A DNA stretch of 64,000 bases from an uncultured Actinomycetota bacterium. GTDB lineage: Bacteria; Actinomycetota; UBA4738; HRBIN12. The position numbers and the translations under genes were made by a program. The DNA is taken from NCBI GenBank assembly GCA_963762015.1, contig CAVXJL010000002.1, forward strand, positions 469,171 through 533,170. The letters are read 5' to 3'. Positions within the stretch are counted from its first letter, which is position 1. Every line of letters starts with the position of its first letter. Below, in pieces: positions 1 to 8,047 of the stretch. The notes beneath the pieces were generated by a model that made no database searches, was not told where the DNA came from, and saw nothing but the letters and a program-made list of their open reading frames with translations.

Positions 1-1
1 C

Positions 2-169
2 CTCGCGATCCTGCCGTTCGCGATCGCGATCTACATGTTCGCCGTGAACCCGAAGTACATCTCTTTGCTCTTCACGACGCAGATCGGTCTGTTCATGCTG
101 GGCGTGGCTGGGGTCCTGATGGTGCTCGGGATCCTCTGGATGAGGAAGATCGTGGATATCGATGTCTGA
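2..169 (+). CDS. C-terminal fragment of a TadB-like type II secretion system F-family membrane protein (5' end outside window)
   Basis: The frame is open from the window edge and translates to ...LAILPFAIAIYMFAVNPKYISLLFTTQIGLFMLGVAGVLMVLGILWMRKIVDIDV*. This is a hydrophobic TM tail. The stop TGA 167-169 overlaps the ATG at 162 of the next T2SS-F-like gene. Confidence 0.55.
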   Translation, partial: LAILPFAIAIYMFAVNPKYISLLFTTQIGLFMLGVAGVLMVLGILWMRKIVDIDV

Positions 170-1106
170 CATCTGGTTGGTCCTTGCCATCGGATGCGTC
201 TTCGGCGCCATCCTCCTGCTCGGGATCTTCGTCGACCTGAGTCAGTCAGAGCGACGTCGCGCGGTCCGACTGCTCGAGTCCCAGGTCGCCGGCACCACGA
301 GCGAGAACGTGAACCTTCGGGAGCAGCATCTCTCGGAGAGCTTCGGACGACGGATCGTCGTGCCCGTCGTCGCCGGCGCCGCGAAGGTCGCTCGACGCGT
401 CACTCCCATCGATGCCCGCGACCGCGTCGCGCACAAACTCCTGCTCGCCGGGAGCCCGAGTGGATGGGACGCCGAGCGCTTGCTCGCGTTCAAGATCATC
501 GGGCTGGGCGGCGGCATCGTGCTCGGCTTCTTCGTGACGACCCTGGTCGGCGACCTCGCTCCGTTCATCCGGATCGTGCTGATCGGGCTCTTGGCGTTCG
601 TTGGCTTCATGGTTCCCGACTCGATGCTGAACCGCCGTGTCGAGGAGCGTCAGAAGGAGATCCTCCGGACGCTGTCGGACACCCTCGACCTCCTGACGAT
701 CAGCGTGGAGGCGGGCCTGTCGCTGAACGCCGCGATCGCGCAGGTGGTGCAGAACGTGCCGGGTGTCCTGTCCTCCGAGTTCGCTCGCATGCTGCAGGAG
801 ATCCAGCTGGGCGTGCCTCGGGCCGACGCCTTCCGGAACCTCGCCGAGCGGACCGACGTGGACGAGCTCAATGCCTTCGCCCTCGCGATGATCCAGGCCG
901 ATGTCTTCGGTGTCTCGATCGCCAGCGTGCTCCGAACCCAGGCGCAGCAGCTGCGGATCAAGCGTCGGCAGCGGGCCGAGGGGAAGGCGCAGCAGACCCC
1001 CGTCAAGATCGTCTTCCCCCTGATCCTGTGCATCCTGCCGGCCCTGTTCGTCGTCATCGTCGGGCCCGGCGCGATCCGGATCTTCGAGTCGTTCGTCACC
1101 ACGTGA
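162..1106 (+). CDS. tadC: TadC-like type II secretion system F-family protein (Flp/Tad pilus assembly)
   Basis: 314-aa ORF with an N-terminal TM, a T2SS-F core (LSDTLDLLTISVEAGLSLNAAIAQV...AMIQADVFGVSIASVLRTQAQQLR) and C-terminal TMs. It is the second of two consecutive T2SS-F genes, as in tadB-tadC. Confidence 0.8.
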   Translation: MSDIWLVLAIGCVFGAILLLGIFVDLSQSERRRAVRLLESQVAGTTSENVNLREQHLSESFGRRIVVPVVAGAAKVARRVTPIDARDRVAHKLLLAGSPSGWDAERLLAFKIIGLGGGIVLGFFVTTLVGDLAPFIRIVLIGLLAFVGFMVPDSMLNRRVEERQKEILRTLSDTLDLLTISVEAGLSLNAAIAQVVQNVPGVLSSEFARMLQEIQLGVPRADAFRNLAERTDVDELNAFALAMIQADVFGVSIASVLRTQAQQLRIKRRQRAEGKAQQTPVKIVFPLILCILPALFVVIVGPGAIRIFESFVTT

Positions 1107-1155
1107 TCGGGTCGCGCCCGCCGAAGGCGGGCGCGACCCGATAGCCTCCCGCGCC

Positions 1156-1977
1156 ATGAAGGTCGCATATCAGGGTGAGCCAGGCGCCTACAGCGAGCGC
1201 GCCGTCCGGTCGCTCTTCATCGACGCCGAGCCGCTTCCCTGCGACACCGTCCGGCATGCGTTCTCCCGCGTGACGAGCGGCGAAGCCACCTTCGGCGTCG
1301 TGCCGCTTGAGAACTCGCAGGCGGGGTCCGTGAACGAGACGTACGAGCTGCTGTCCAACACCAGCCTGCTCCGCATCGTCGGCGAGTCGATCGTGCGCGT
1401 CGACCACGCTTTGCTGGGGGTTCCCGGCGCGCGTCTGGAAGACGTGCGGAGGGCCCACTCCCATTGGCAGGCCCTGGCGCAGTGCGAGGACTTCCTCTCC
1501 TCGATGCACATCGAGCCGGTCCCCGAGCACGACACGGCCGGCGCGGCTCGGAAGGTCGCCGAGGTGGGGGAGCCGGTGGAGGGAGCGATCGCGAGCGTCG
1601 ACGCGGCGGGACTCGCCGGGCTCATCGTGCTCGCGGAGCGGATCCAGACCGAGAAGGAGAACTTCACGAAGTTCGCGATCGTCGGTGCGACCGACCCCGG
1701 CTTCGGTGCCGCGGACAAGACCTCGATCGTGATGGCCGTGCTGGATGAGCCCGGTTCGCTCCTGGGAGCGCTCGAGCCATTCGCCACCCGCGGCATCAAC
1801 CTCCACAAGATCGAGTCCCGGCCGCGGCGGGGCGCGGCGTTCGAGTACCTGATGTACGTGGACTTCATGGCGTCGGCGGAAGCCCCGGGGGTCGAGGAGG
1901 CCCTCGAGGAGGTCCGGAAGCACACGTCGCTCTTGAAGATCCTGGGCTCGTACCGCTCCGCGGGAGACCCGGTCTGA
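1156..1977 (+). CDS. pheA: Prephenate dehydratase (PDT catalytic domain + ACT domain)
   Basis: 273 aa. MKVAYQGEPGAYSE...VPLENSQAGSVNETYELL matches the PDT domain. The C-terminal TSIVMAVLDEPGSLLGALEPFATRGINLHKIESRP is the ESRP-containing ACT regulatory domain. Confidence 0.9.
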   Translation: MKVAYQGEPGAYSERAVRSLFIDAEPLPCDTVRHAFSRVTSGEATFGVVPLENSQAGSVNETYELLSNTSLLRIVGESIVRVDHALLGVPGARLEDVRRAHSHWQALAQCEDFLSSMHIEPVPEHDTAGAARKVAEVGEPVEGAIASVDAAGLAGLIVLAERIQTEKENFTKFAIVGATDPGFGAADKTSIVMAVLDEPGSLLGALEPFATRGINLHKIESRPRRGAAFEYLMYVDFMASAEAPGVEEALEEVRKHTSLLKILGSYRSAGDPV

Positions 1978-1994
1978 CCGCTTAGCATGGCTCG

Positions 1995-3524
1995 ATGGCC
2001 CGTGCGAGACGCGTAGCACCCCGGGCGTCCGTGGCGCGGCGCTTCCCCGTCCTCCCCGTGATCTCGGGCGCACTCGTGATCGGGGCGGCCGTCCTCGTGA
2101 TCGCGCTCATCCTCTCCCGGGTCGAGGACGAGCAACACCGTGGGGGCCCGCTCCGGAGCCAGAACCCACCCGAAGGCGCCGAACCCATCAACGCGGCGTT
2201 CGAGGGGGTTACGACCTTTCGCGGGAACGCCACTCGGACCTACTACGGGGAAGGCCCGGTGCCGCTGGATCCGGTGATCGGGTGGCGCGCGCCGACGGAA
2301 CGCATGTGCTCTGTCTCCTACGTGGGTATCGAGGCGGACGAATGGTGCGGCACCGGGTGGACCGGGCAGCCCAACGTCGTGGTGGGCGAGGACGGGACGA
2401 TCGAGGTCCGTGAGGGCGCGTACGACGGCATGTACCACTTCCTCGACGGCACGACGGGACTGCCGGTCCGGCCTCCGCTCCTGACACGTGACCTGGCGAA
2501 GGGGTCCGCGACATCCGATCCCGACGGGTTCCCGCTCTACTACGCCGGCTCGCGGGACGGCAGGTTCCGGATCGTCGCCACGGACCGACAGGAGCCGGTG
2601 GTGCTGTGGTCGATCCACGGTGCGACGAGCGTCGAGCGGCCGCTCCGCAACGACGACTGGGACGCTGCCGCGCTCGTGGTCGACGACGTCTTGTTCCAGG
2701 GTGGGGAGAACGGATGGCTTTATGTGATCAGGCTGCACCGGAGATACGACCCGCTCGGATTGGTCAAGGTCAGACCCAGGATCGTCGCGACGGTTCCTGG
2801 GTTCGACGACGAGTTGCTCCGTGTCCTCGGTGATACCGAGGTCTCGATCGAGAACTCGGTCGCGCTCCACGACGGGATCCTCTACTTCGCCAACTCCGGC
2901 GGCCTCGTGCAGGGCTGGGACGTATCGGACGTGTTGGCGGGTGGCACTCGCCTGGAGCGTGTGTTCCGGTTCTGGACTGGCGACGACACCGACGCCACGG
3001 TCGTGATCGATGGTGCCGGCGATCTCTACGTGGCCAGTGAGTACCAACGCTTCGGCGACCGGAGCCGCGAGGTGGGACAGCTCATGAAACTCGACCCCTC
3101 GCGACCGGACGACCCCTTGGTCTGGTCGATCGATGCCAGGGAGATCGGGTTCGAGGGCGCGGGCGGCAGTTGGTCGACGCCGGCGTTGTACGGCGATCTC
3201 GTCTTCTTCACCACCGCCGCGGGTCGTCTGCTGGCGGTCGAACGGGAGACCGGCGACATCCGTTGGGAGCGGCAGGTGGGGGCGCCCGCGATCGGGTCAC
3301 CCGTGGTGGTGGACGGTGTCTTGATCCAGGGCGACTGCGCGGGCGACCTCTGGGCTTGGGACGTCTCGGATCCGGATGCCGATCCGCTGCTGCTCTGGAA
3401 GCTGCATTTCAACGACTGCATCGAATCGACGCCGGCGGTCTGGCGTGGGTGGATCTACCTCGGGACCCGCCAGGGGTACCTCTACGGGCTCACGGAACGA
3501 CGGGAGCCGGCCCCCGCTTCGTAG
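1995..3524 (+). CDS. Membrane-anchored PQQ-like beta-propeller repeat protein
   Basis: 509 aa with an N-terminal TM anchor (FPVLPVISGALVIGAAVLVIALIL). It carries repeated W/G-rich propeller blades (e.g. GDLVFFTTAAGRLLAVERETGDIRW, GWIYLGTRQGYLYGL). Confidence 0.7.
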   Translation: MARARRVAPRASVARRFPVLPVISGALVIGAAVLVIALILSRVEDEQHRGGPLRSQNPPEGAEPINAAFEGVTTFRGNATRTYYGEGPVPLDPVIGWRAPTERMCSVSYVGIEADEWCGTGWTGQPNVVVGEDGTIEVREGAYDGMYHFLDGTTGLPVRPPLLTRDLAKGSATSDPDGFPLYYAGSRDGRFRIVATDRQEPVVLWSIHGATSVERPLRNDDWDAAALVVDDVLFQGGENGWLYVIRLHRRYDPLGLVKVRPRIVATVPGFDDELLRVLGDTEVSIENSVALHDGILYFANSGGLVQGWDVSDVLAGGTRLERVFRFWTGDDTDATVVIDGAGDLYVASEYQRFGDRSREVGQLMKLDPSRPDDPLVWSIDAREIGFEGAGGSWSTPALYGDLVFFTTAAGRLLAVERETGDIRWERQVGAPAIGSPVVVDGVLIQGDCAGDLWAWDVSDPDADPLLLWKLHFNDCIESTPAVWRGWIYLGTRQGYLYGLTERREPAPAS

Positions 3525-3534
3525 CGGATCACCA

Positions 3535-4494
3535 TCACCGCAACAGGGCCGCCGGGTCCTGGTTGATCTGGGCCGTTCGAAAGGCGACCAGCGCGATCGC
3601 CGCCACCAGGAGTGCCACGAGCCCGACGGCGGCGAACGCGCGCCGGGACGCCACAGGCCTCGAGGGATCGACGGCGAAGCCCGCGACCAGCCCCGCGACG
3701 AGCCCGCCGAGGTGCGCCCGCCAGTCGATCCCAGGGATCGAGAAGCCGATGATCAGGTTGATCACCAGCATGCTCAACGCGCCACGAAGTCGTGCTTGCG
3801 CCATCACATGGTGGCGCCGCAGGTAGTTGTACGCGATGAAGGCGCCGACCAGACCGAAGATCGCGCCGGAGGCTCCGACCGCGATGGTGAATCCGGGTGC
3901 GAACGCGAAGGAGGTCGCGCCGGCGAACACGCCGGTGACGAGGAACACCGCGAGGGTCTCGACCCGACCGATCTGACGCTCGATCTCGTTCCCGAAGATC
4001 CATAGGACGTACGCGTTCAGCCCCAGATGGATCAGCCCGGCGTGCAGGAACATCGAACTGAGCAGGCGCCACCACTGGCCGCCGACGATCCCCCCGGTCA
4101 GGTGGAGCTCGGTCCCTCCCGTGAAGGGGACGAGGGCTCCCGCGTCGATGAGGGCCTGGTAGCCCGGACCGTCGAAGAGCGAGCCGGGTCCACCCGCCAC
4201 GACGAGCTCCCACAGGTACCCGATGCCGATCGCGATGAGCAGGACCTTGGTGACGGGGGTGGCTTTCAGGTTGGCCGCCGCGACTTGCCGTCCGGGTCCC
4301 TGCCGATACTCCCGCCGAGCCTCCGCCACGCACTCCGGGCATTGATGCCCGACGGGCGCCGGGATCATGCAATCCGGGCAGATGGGCCGGCCACAGCGTG
4401 TGCAATGGACGCCCGTCTCTACATCGGGATGCCGGTAGCACCGTTCCCGCGTCGGAGGTGGGGGCATCGTGGGCGTCTGGTCCACAGAGCCCAA
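3535..4494 (-). CDS. Rhomboid family intramembrane serine protease with N-terminal zinc ribbon
   Basis: 319 aa. The N-terminus has CYRHPDVETGVHCTRCGRPICPDC. The protein is multi-TM, with the catalytic-Ser motif GASGAIFG and the His motif AHLGGLVAG. Confidence 0.85.
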   Translation of the reverse strand: MGSVDQTPTMPPPPTRERCYRHPDVETGVHCTRCGRPICPDCMIPAPVGHQCPECVAEARREYRQGPGRQVAAANLKATPVTKVLLIAIGIGYLWELVVAGGPGSLFDGPGYQALIDAGALVPFTGGTELHLTGGIVGGQWWRLLSSMFLHAGLIHLGLNAYVLWIFGNEIERQIGRVETLAVFLVTGVFAGATSFAFAPGFTIAVGASGAIFGLVGAFIAYNYLRRHHVMAQARLRGALSMLVINLIIGFSIPGIDWRAHLGGLVAGLVAGFAVDPSRPVASRRAFAAVGLVALLVAAIALVAFRTAQINQDPAALLR

Positions 4495-4563
4495 TCGTAC
4501 GCGTGGGCGGGCCGAACGACGTTCGGTCGGCGCGGCGTGCTGGTGGCCCGAGGGCCTACGTGT

Positions 4564-5548
4564 TCATCGGGGGAGCGCCTCGAGGGCCGCGGCGACGTCG
4601 GCCGAGTCGAAGAGGGGGCCCCACCGCTCCGCGACGAGGCCATCGGACCCGATCAGGAACAGCCAGGGCTCGGTCATCTGAGGAGTCCCATCTGGGAGCT
4701 CGCGGAGGAGCCAGTCCGCGGCTCCCTTGTTCACGACCTGCGAGTCCGCGTCGTACTCCTTCCAGATCTCGACGTGGATGTACACCGCGCGGTCCGGGTG
4801 GTCCGCCGCCAGCCGCTGCAGTTCGGTGACCTCCGGGCCGCAGAACCGGCTCGTGCAGAAGGCCGGTGTTCCGAACAGCACGAGTGCGGGCCGTCCCTGC
4901 TCGACCGCGTCGGCGATCGTCCACTCATGGAGCTCCGCATCGGGGATGGCGATCGCCTCCGGCGGCCATCGAGTCGATGGACCCGTCCTCGACGTTCTTC
5001 GAGTCGAGGGTGAGCGTCTCCGTCTTCAACGCCGGCATCCCGGGCGCGGGGATGCCTGACTCGGCATCCACAGGGAAGTCGGTCGTGAGCCGGCGGGGGA
5101 CGTTGTCGATCTCGATCGACAGCGTCGCCCGCCAGATGCCCGCTTCGTCGAACGTGACGTCCTCAGCTTCGTAGACCCCGTTGGCTCCCGTGACGATCGT
5201 CGGCGCGTCGCCGGAGGCATCCGTCCCGGGGACCGGGACGTAGGTCGCGGTGGCCGTGGGGCCGGCCGACGGCTCGCCGGTGCCGGCCGTACCGAGGTAG
5301 GAGAACGCGAGGTCGACGGAGCCCTGGGTGACAGCTCGCAAGCCGTTCGCGTCGCTCGCCAGGATGCCCACCTGGATCCGCTGCGGCGCCCCCACGTAGT
5401 GCCACGTGCTGGCCATCTGGGCGGAGTAGGAGGTGTCCAGGTCTCCGACCTGGCCGTTCTCACCGGTCGCGCACGAGGCGATCACGGTCGCCAGTGTGAG
5501 CGTCCAGAGCAGGAGGTGTCGCCGGATCATCCGCTTCCACCTTCTCAT
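4564..5548 (-). pseudogene. Thioredoxin-fold (TlpA/redoxin-like) lipoprotein with one frame break (frameshift or sequencing error)
   Basis: The upstream frame (likely ATG at 5548) gives the lipoprotein signal MRRWKRMIRRHLLLWTLTLATVIASC and stops at 4925. A shifted frame continues seamlessly as ...AIAIPDAELHEWTIADAVEQGRPALVLFGTPAFCTSRFCGPEV... (track ORF 4564..4881). The break is near 4945-4966. The start overlaps the ogt stop (ATGA at 5545-5548). Confidence 0.65.
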
Positions 5549-6057
5549 GGCCCCGAGGAACCGTCGGCGAGCGCTCCCTCCAGGCGCAACAGGTACCGGC
5601 GCCGGTCGTCGTGACGCCCGTAGCTCCCGAGACGGGGACCGGCTCGAACGACGCGGTGGCAGGGGACGAACAGCTCGATCGGGCAGCGAGCGAGCGCGCT
5701 GCCCGCCGCGCGGCCGCCGCGGGCTGCGCCCGCGGCGGCCGCCACGTCCCCGTAGGTCCACATCTGCCCGTAGGGGATCGTCCTCACGGTCTCGAGGACC
5801 CGCCGCGCGAATCCTTCGCCGAGACCAGACAGGTCGGCCGGGGTCTCGAACGCCCGGAGGGTGCCACGGAAGTACGCGTCGACCTCGCGGCGGATCGACG
5901 CCGTTCGTCGGCGATCCTCCGCGGCGTCGGGATCAGTCTCGACCGGGTCCTCCTCGCCGAAGATCGTTCGCACCACACCCGCATCTCCGGAGAAGATCGT
6001 GAAGGGACCGAGCGGCGTGTCGATCGTCGTCCGGACGATCATCAGATCGGCGGCCAC
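5545..6057 (-). CDS. ogt: Methylated-DNA--protein-cysteine methyltransferase
   Basis: 170 aa with the diagnostic active-site motif PCHRVV (LFVPCHRVVRAG) and the upstream IPYGQMWTYGDVA helix-turn-wing region. Confidence 0.85.
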   Translation of the reverse strand: MAADLMIVRTTIDTPLGPFTIFSGDAGVVRTIFGEEDPVETDPDAAEDRRRTASIRREVDAYFRGTLRAFETPADLSGLGEGFARRVLETVRTIPYGQMWTYGDVAAAAGAARGGRAAGSALARCPIELFVPCHRVVRAGPRLGSYGRHDDRRRYLLRLEGALADGSSGP

Positions 6058-6788
6058 GGGAACGGACGATGGTCCTCCTCCGGCTCGGGGAGCCGCTCCC
6101 GCGAGGCCACTTCGGAGGCGCGCGACTCGAGGGCCGCCAGCTCCGGCGCGGCGAGCAGGTTGGCGAGCTCCTCACGCACCGGGCCCTCGTGGAGATCCTT
6201 CGCCAGCCGGCCAAGGTCCGCCCGCACCTCCTCTTCGAGCGTGTCCCCGATGAAGTCCCAGATCACCGTGCGAAGCTTCGGCTCCTCGCTGAAGCACACC
6301 CCGTGATCCACCACATAGATCCGTCCGTCCTCCCCGAGCAGACAGTGCCCGGCCTTCCGATCGGCGTTGTTGATGACCAGGTCGAACGCCGCGACCCGGC
6401 GGAACTCGTCGGGGAAGCGTTCTCCGAGGGTGAAGTAGTGCTCCTCCGGGTCGGCCGCGACGAACCGCTGCACCGAGCCGATGCCGTACGGACCGTCGCG
6501 CAGGACGGTGGCGGGAACGTGGGGCCAGCCGAGGGTTCGGGCGACGACGTAGGTCGCGACCTCGCGCGCGCACAGGGTGCCCTCGGGGAAGTCCCAGAGC
6601 GGAGTCTCGCCTCGGCGAGGCTTGTACACCGCGAGGGTCTCCTCGTCCTCACCGCGAGCGCGGGCGAGGAAGGTGTGGTTCGAGGCGTTCGGCAGCAGGC
6701 CGAGGATCTCGAGCTCGCCGGTGGCGAGGACCCGAGGGATCGCGGGGTCCGTCAGGCCCGCTTCGAGTGCCCGTTCATCGCGGGACAT
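6042..6788 (-). CDS. SCO1664-family protein (PI3/4-kinase-like fold, function unknown)
   Basis: GELEILGLLPNASNHTFLARA...AVYKPRRGETPLWDFPEGTLCAREVATYVVARTLGWPHVPATVLRDGPYGIGSVQRFV...NNADRKAGHCL matches my memory of the SCO1664/Rv2133c family. The track ORF extends to 6830. I prefer the ATG at 6788 (MSRDERALEAG) because it shortens the overlap with the DUF3090 gene. Confidence 0.7.
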   Translation of the reverse strand: MSRDERALEAGLTDPAIPRVLATGELEILGLLPNASNHTFLARARGEDEETLAVYKPRRGETPLWDFPEGTLCAREVATYVVARTLGWPHVPATVLRDGPYGIGSVQRFVAADPEEHYFTLGERFPDEFRRVAAFDLVINNADRKAGHCLLGEDGRIYVVDHGVCFSEEPKLRTVIWDFIGDTLEEEVRADLGRLAKDLHEGPVREELANLLAAPELAALESRASEVASRERLPEPEEDHRPFPWPPI

Positions 6789-7282
6789 GCGTGGCCCTCC
6801 GCGTCGATCGGGTTCCCGCAGAACTGGCACGTCGGGCGGCCTCGGGCGGCGACCGCCGCTCCGTGCCGGGAAAGCGCCAGCATCTGCGCCGGCGACGCCC
6901 AGATCCGGATCGACTCGGGCTCCGTGCCGGGGACCGCCGGTCGCGGATCCTCGATGTCGAGGTCTTCGAGGTCGGGTTGGAACTCCTCGACCTCGAGCAG
7001 GAACAGATCACGGTCCTCGTCGAAGCCGATCGAGAGGCGACCCGCTCGCCATCTCGGGTCCAGGGGCTCCTGGAGCGCCATCGTGGTCTCGTCCGCCACC
7101 GGTTCGGTCGTCGGCGCGTCCTCCAGCAGCTCCATCACGGAGGCGGCGAGCAGCTGTACCTGCTGCTTCTCCACGATCACCGTCACGATCTCCTTCCCGG
7201 CGCGAGCCTGGATGTAGAACGTCCGGTCGCCCGGCTCGCCCACGGCGTCAGCGGTGATGTGATCGACGGGTCCGAGGTCCAT
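6752..7282 (-). CDS. DUF3090 family protein with C-terminal zinc-ribbon-like Cys/His cluster
   Basis: 176 aa. FYIQARAGKEIVTVIVEKQQVQLLAASVMELL is typical of DUF3090 (Rv2134c-like). The C-terminus reads CQFCGNPIDAEGHACPAMNGH. Confidence 0.75.
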   Translation of the reverse strand: MDLGPVDHITADAVGEPGDRTFYIQARAGKEIVTVIVEKQQVQLLAASVMELLEDAPTTEPVADETTMALQEPLDPRWRAGRLSIGFDEDRDLFLLEVEEFQPDLEDLDIEDPRPAVPGTEPESIRIWASPAQMLALSRHGAAVAARGRPTCQFCGNPIDAEGHACPAMNGHSKRA

Positions 7283-7286
7283 CGAC

Positions 7287-7973
7287 CTATCCTCGCAGCT
7301 TCGTCTTTCGGCCAGCCCGGGGAGGCGGACCAGCGCCTTTCGCCGGACCGTCGTCGTCCTTCGTCGGAGCGAAGCGGCGGAGGCTTCCTGTGTCGTTCAC
7401 CAGCAGGATCCGCGGCACGCCTTCACCCAGATGCACGACCGAGACCGATGCGGGTTCTGCCATCACGCGCTGGAATTGATCGAGATGGGCGCCCGTGTAG
7501 TGGGAGATCAGCACCCTGACGAGGTCGCCATGCGTGCCGACGGCGACCCGACCGCGTGGGTGTCGGGACGCGATCCGCTCGATCTCGTCCAACACCCGGG
7601 CCTCCGCGTCGACGAAGCTCTCGCCTCCAGGGAAGGAGAACCGGGAGGGGTTGCGCTGCACCGTTTCCCAGAGCTTCAGGCGCCGGAGCGAGCGGAGCGT
7701 CCGCCCCGTCCAGTCGCCGGCGTCCATCTCGATCAGCGCGTCCGCCGTCCTGATCTCCAGCCTCTGAGCCACCGCCAGCGGCTCCATCGTCTCGACGCAG
7801 CGCTCGAGGGGGCTCGAGTACAGGGCGGTGAGGCGAACGCCCTCGAAGCGTTCGACGAGCGCGGCCGCCTGCCGGCGGCCGCGCTCGTCGAGATGGATCC
7901 CCGGCGTCCGGCCGTACAGCCGTGACCCCGTCACGGCGGTGACGCCGTGACGGATCAGGAAGAGGGTCGTCAT
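7287..7973 (-). CDS. Histidine phosphatase superfamily protein (MSMEG_4193/Rv2135c-like)
   Basis: The internal ATG at 7973 gives MTTLFLIRHGVTAVTG, which carries the RHG catalytic motif. The protein continues ...YSSPLERCVETM...GTHGD. The 55 upstream codons of the track ORF are Arg/Pro-rich and not protein-like. Confidence 0.8.
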   Translation of the reverse strand: MTTLFLIRHGVTAVTGSRLYGRTPGIHLDERGRRQAAALVERFEGVRLTALYSSPLERCVETMEPLAVAQRLEIRTADALIEMDAGDWTGRTLRSLRRLKLWETVQRNPSRFSFPGGESFVDAEARVLDEIERIASRHPRGRVAVGTHGDLVRVLISHYTGAHLDQFQRVMAEPASVSVVHLGEGVPRILLVNDTGSLRRFAPTKDDDGPAKGAGPPPRAGRKTKLRG

Positions 7974-8047
7974 CGCGCAGCAGCATACGAGGGCCCTGTC
8001 CGTGCCCGAGCGCGTGACCGCGCTCCCGGTTTCGGGCCCCCGCCCTC

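Noticed and set aside
1188-3047. A 619-aa minus-strand ORF opposite pheA and the PQQ-propeller gene. Similar very long ORFs occur at 11436..13034(-), 25632..27470(+), 37457..39424(+), 38676..41024(+), 42286..44643(+) and 49846..52074(-).
   Set aside because: All of them lie antisense to, or out of frame with, genes that have clear family motifs. Their translations are dominated by Arg/Gly/Pro/Asp/His runs and have no recognisable domains. Long stop-free alternate frames are expected in very GC-rich DNA.
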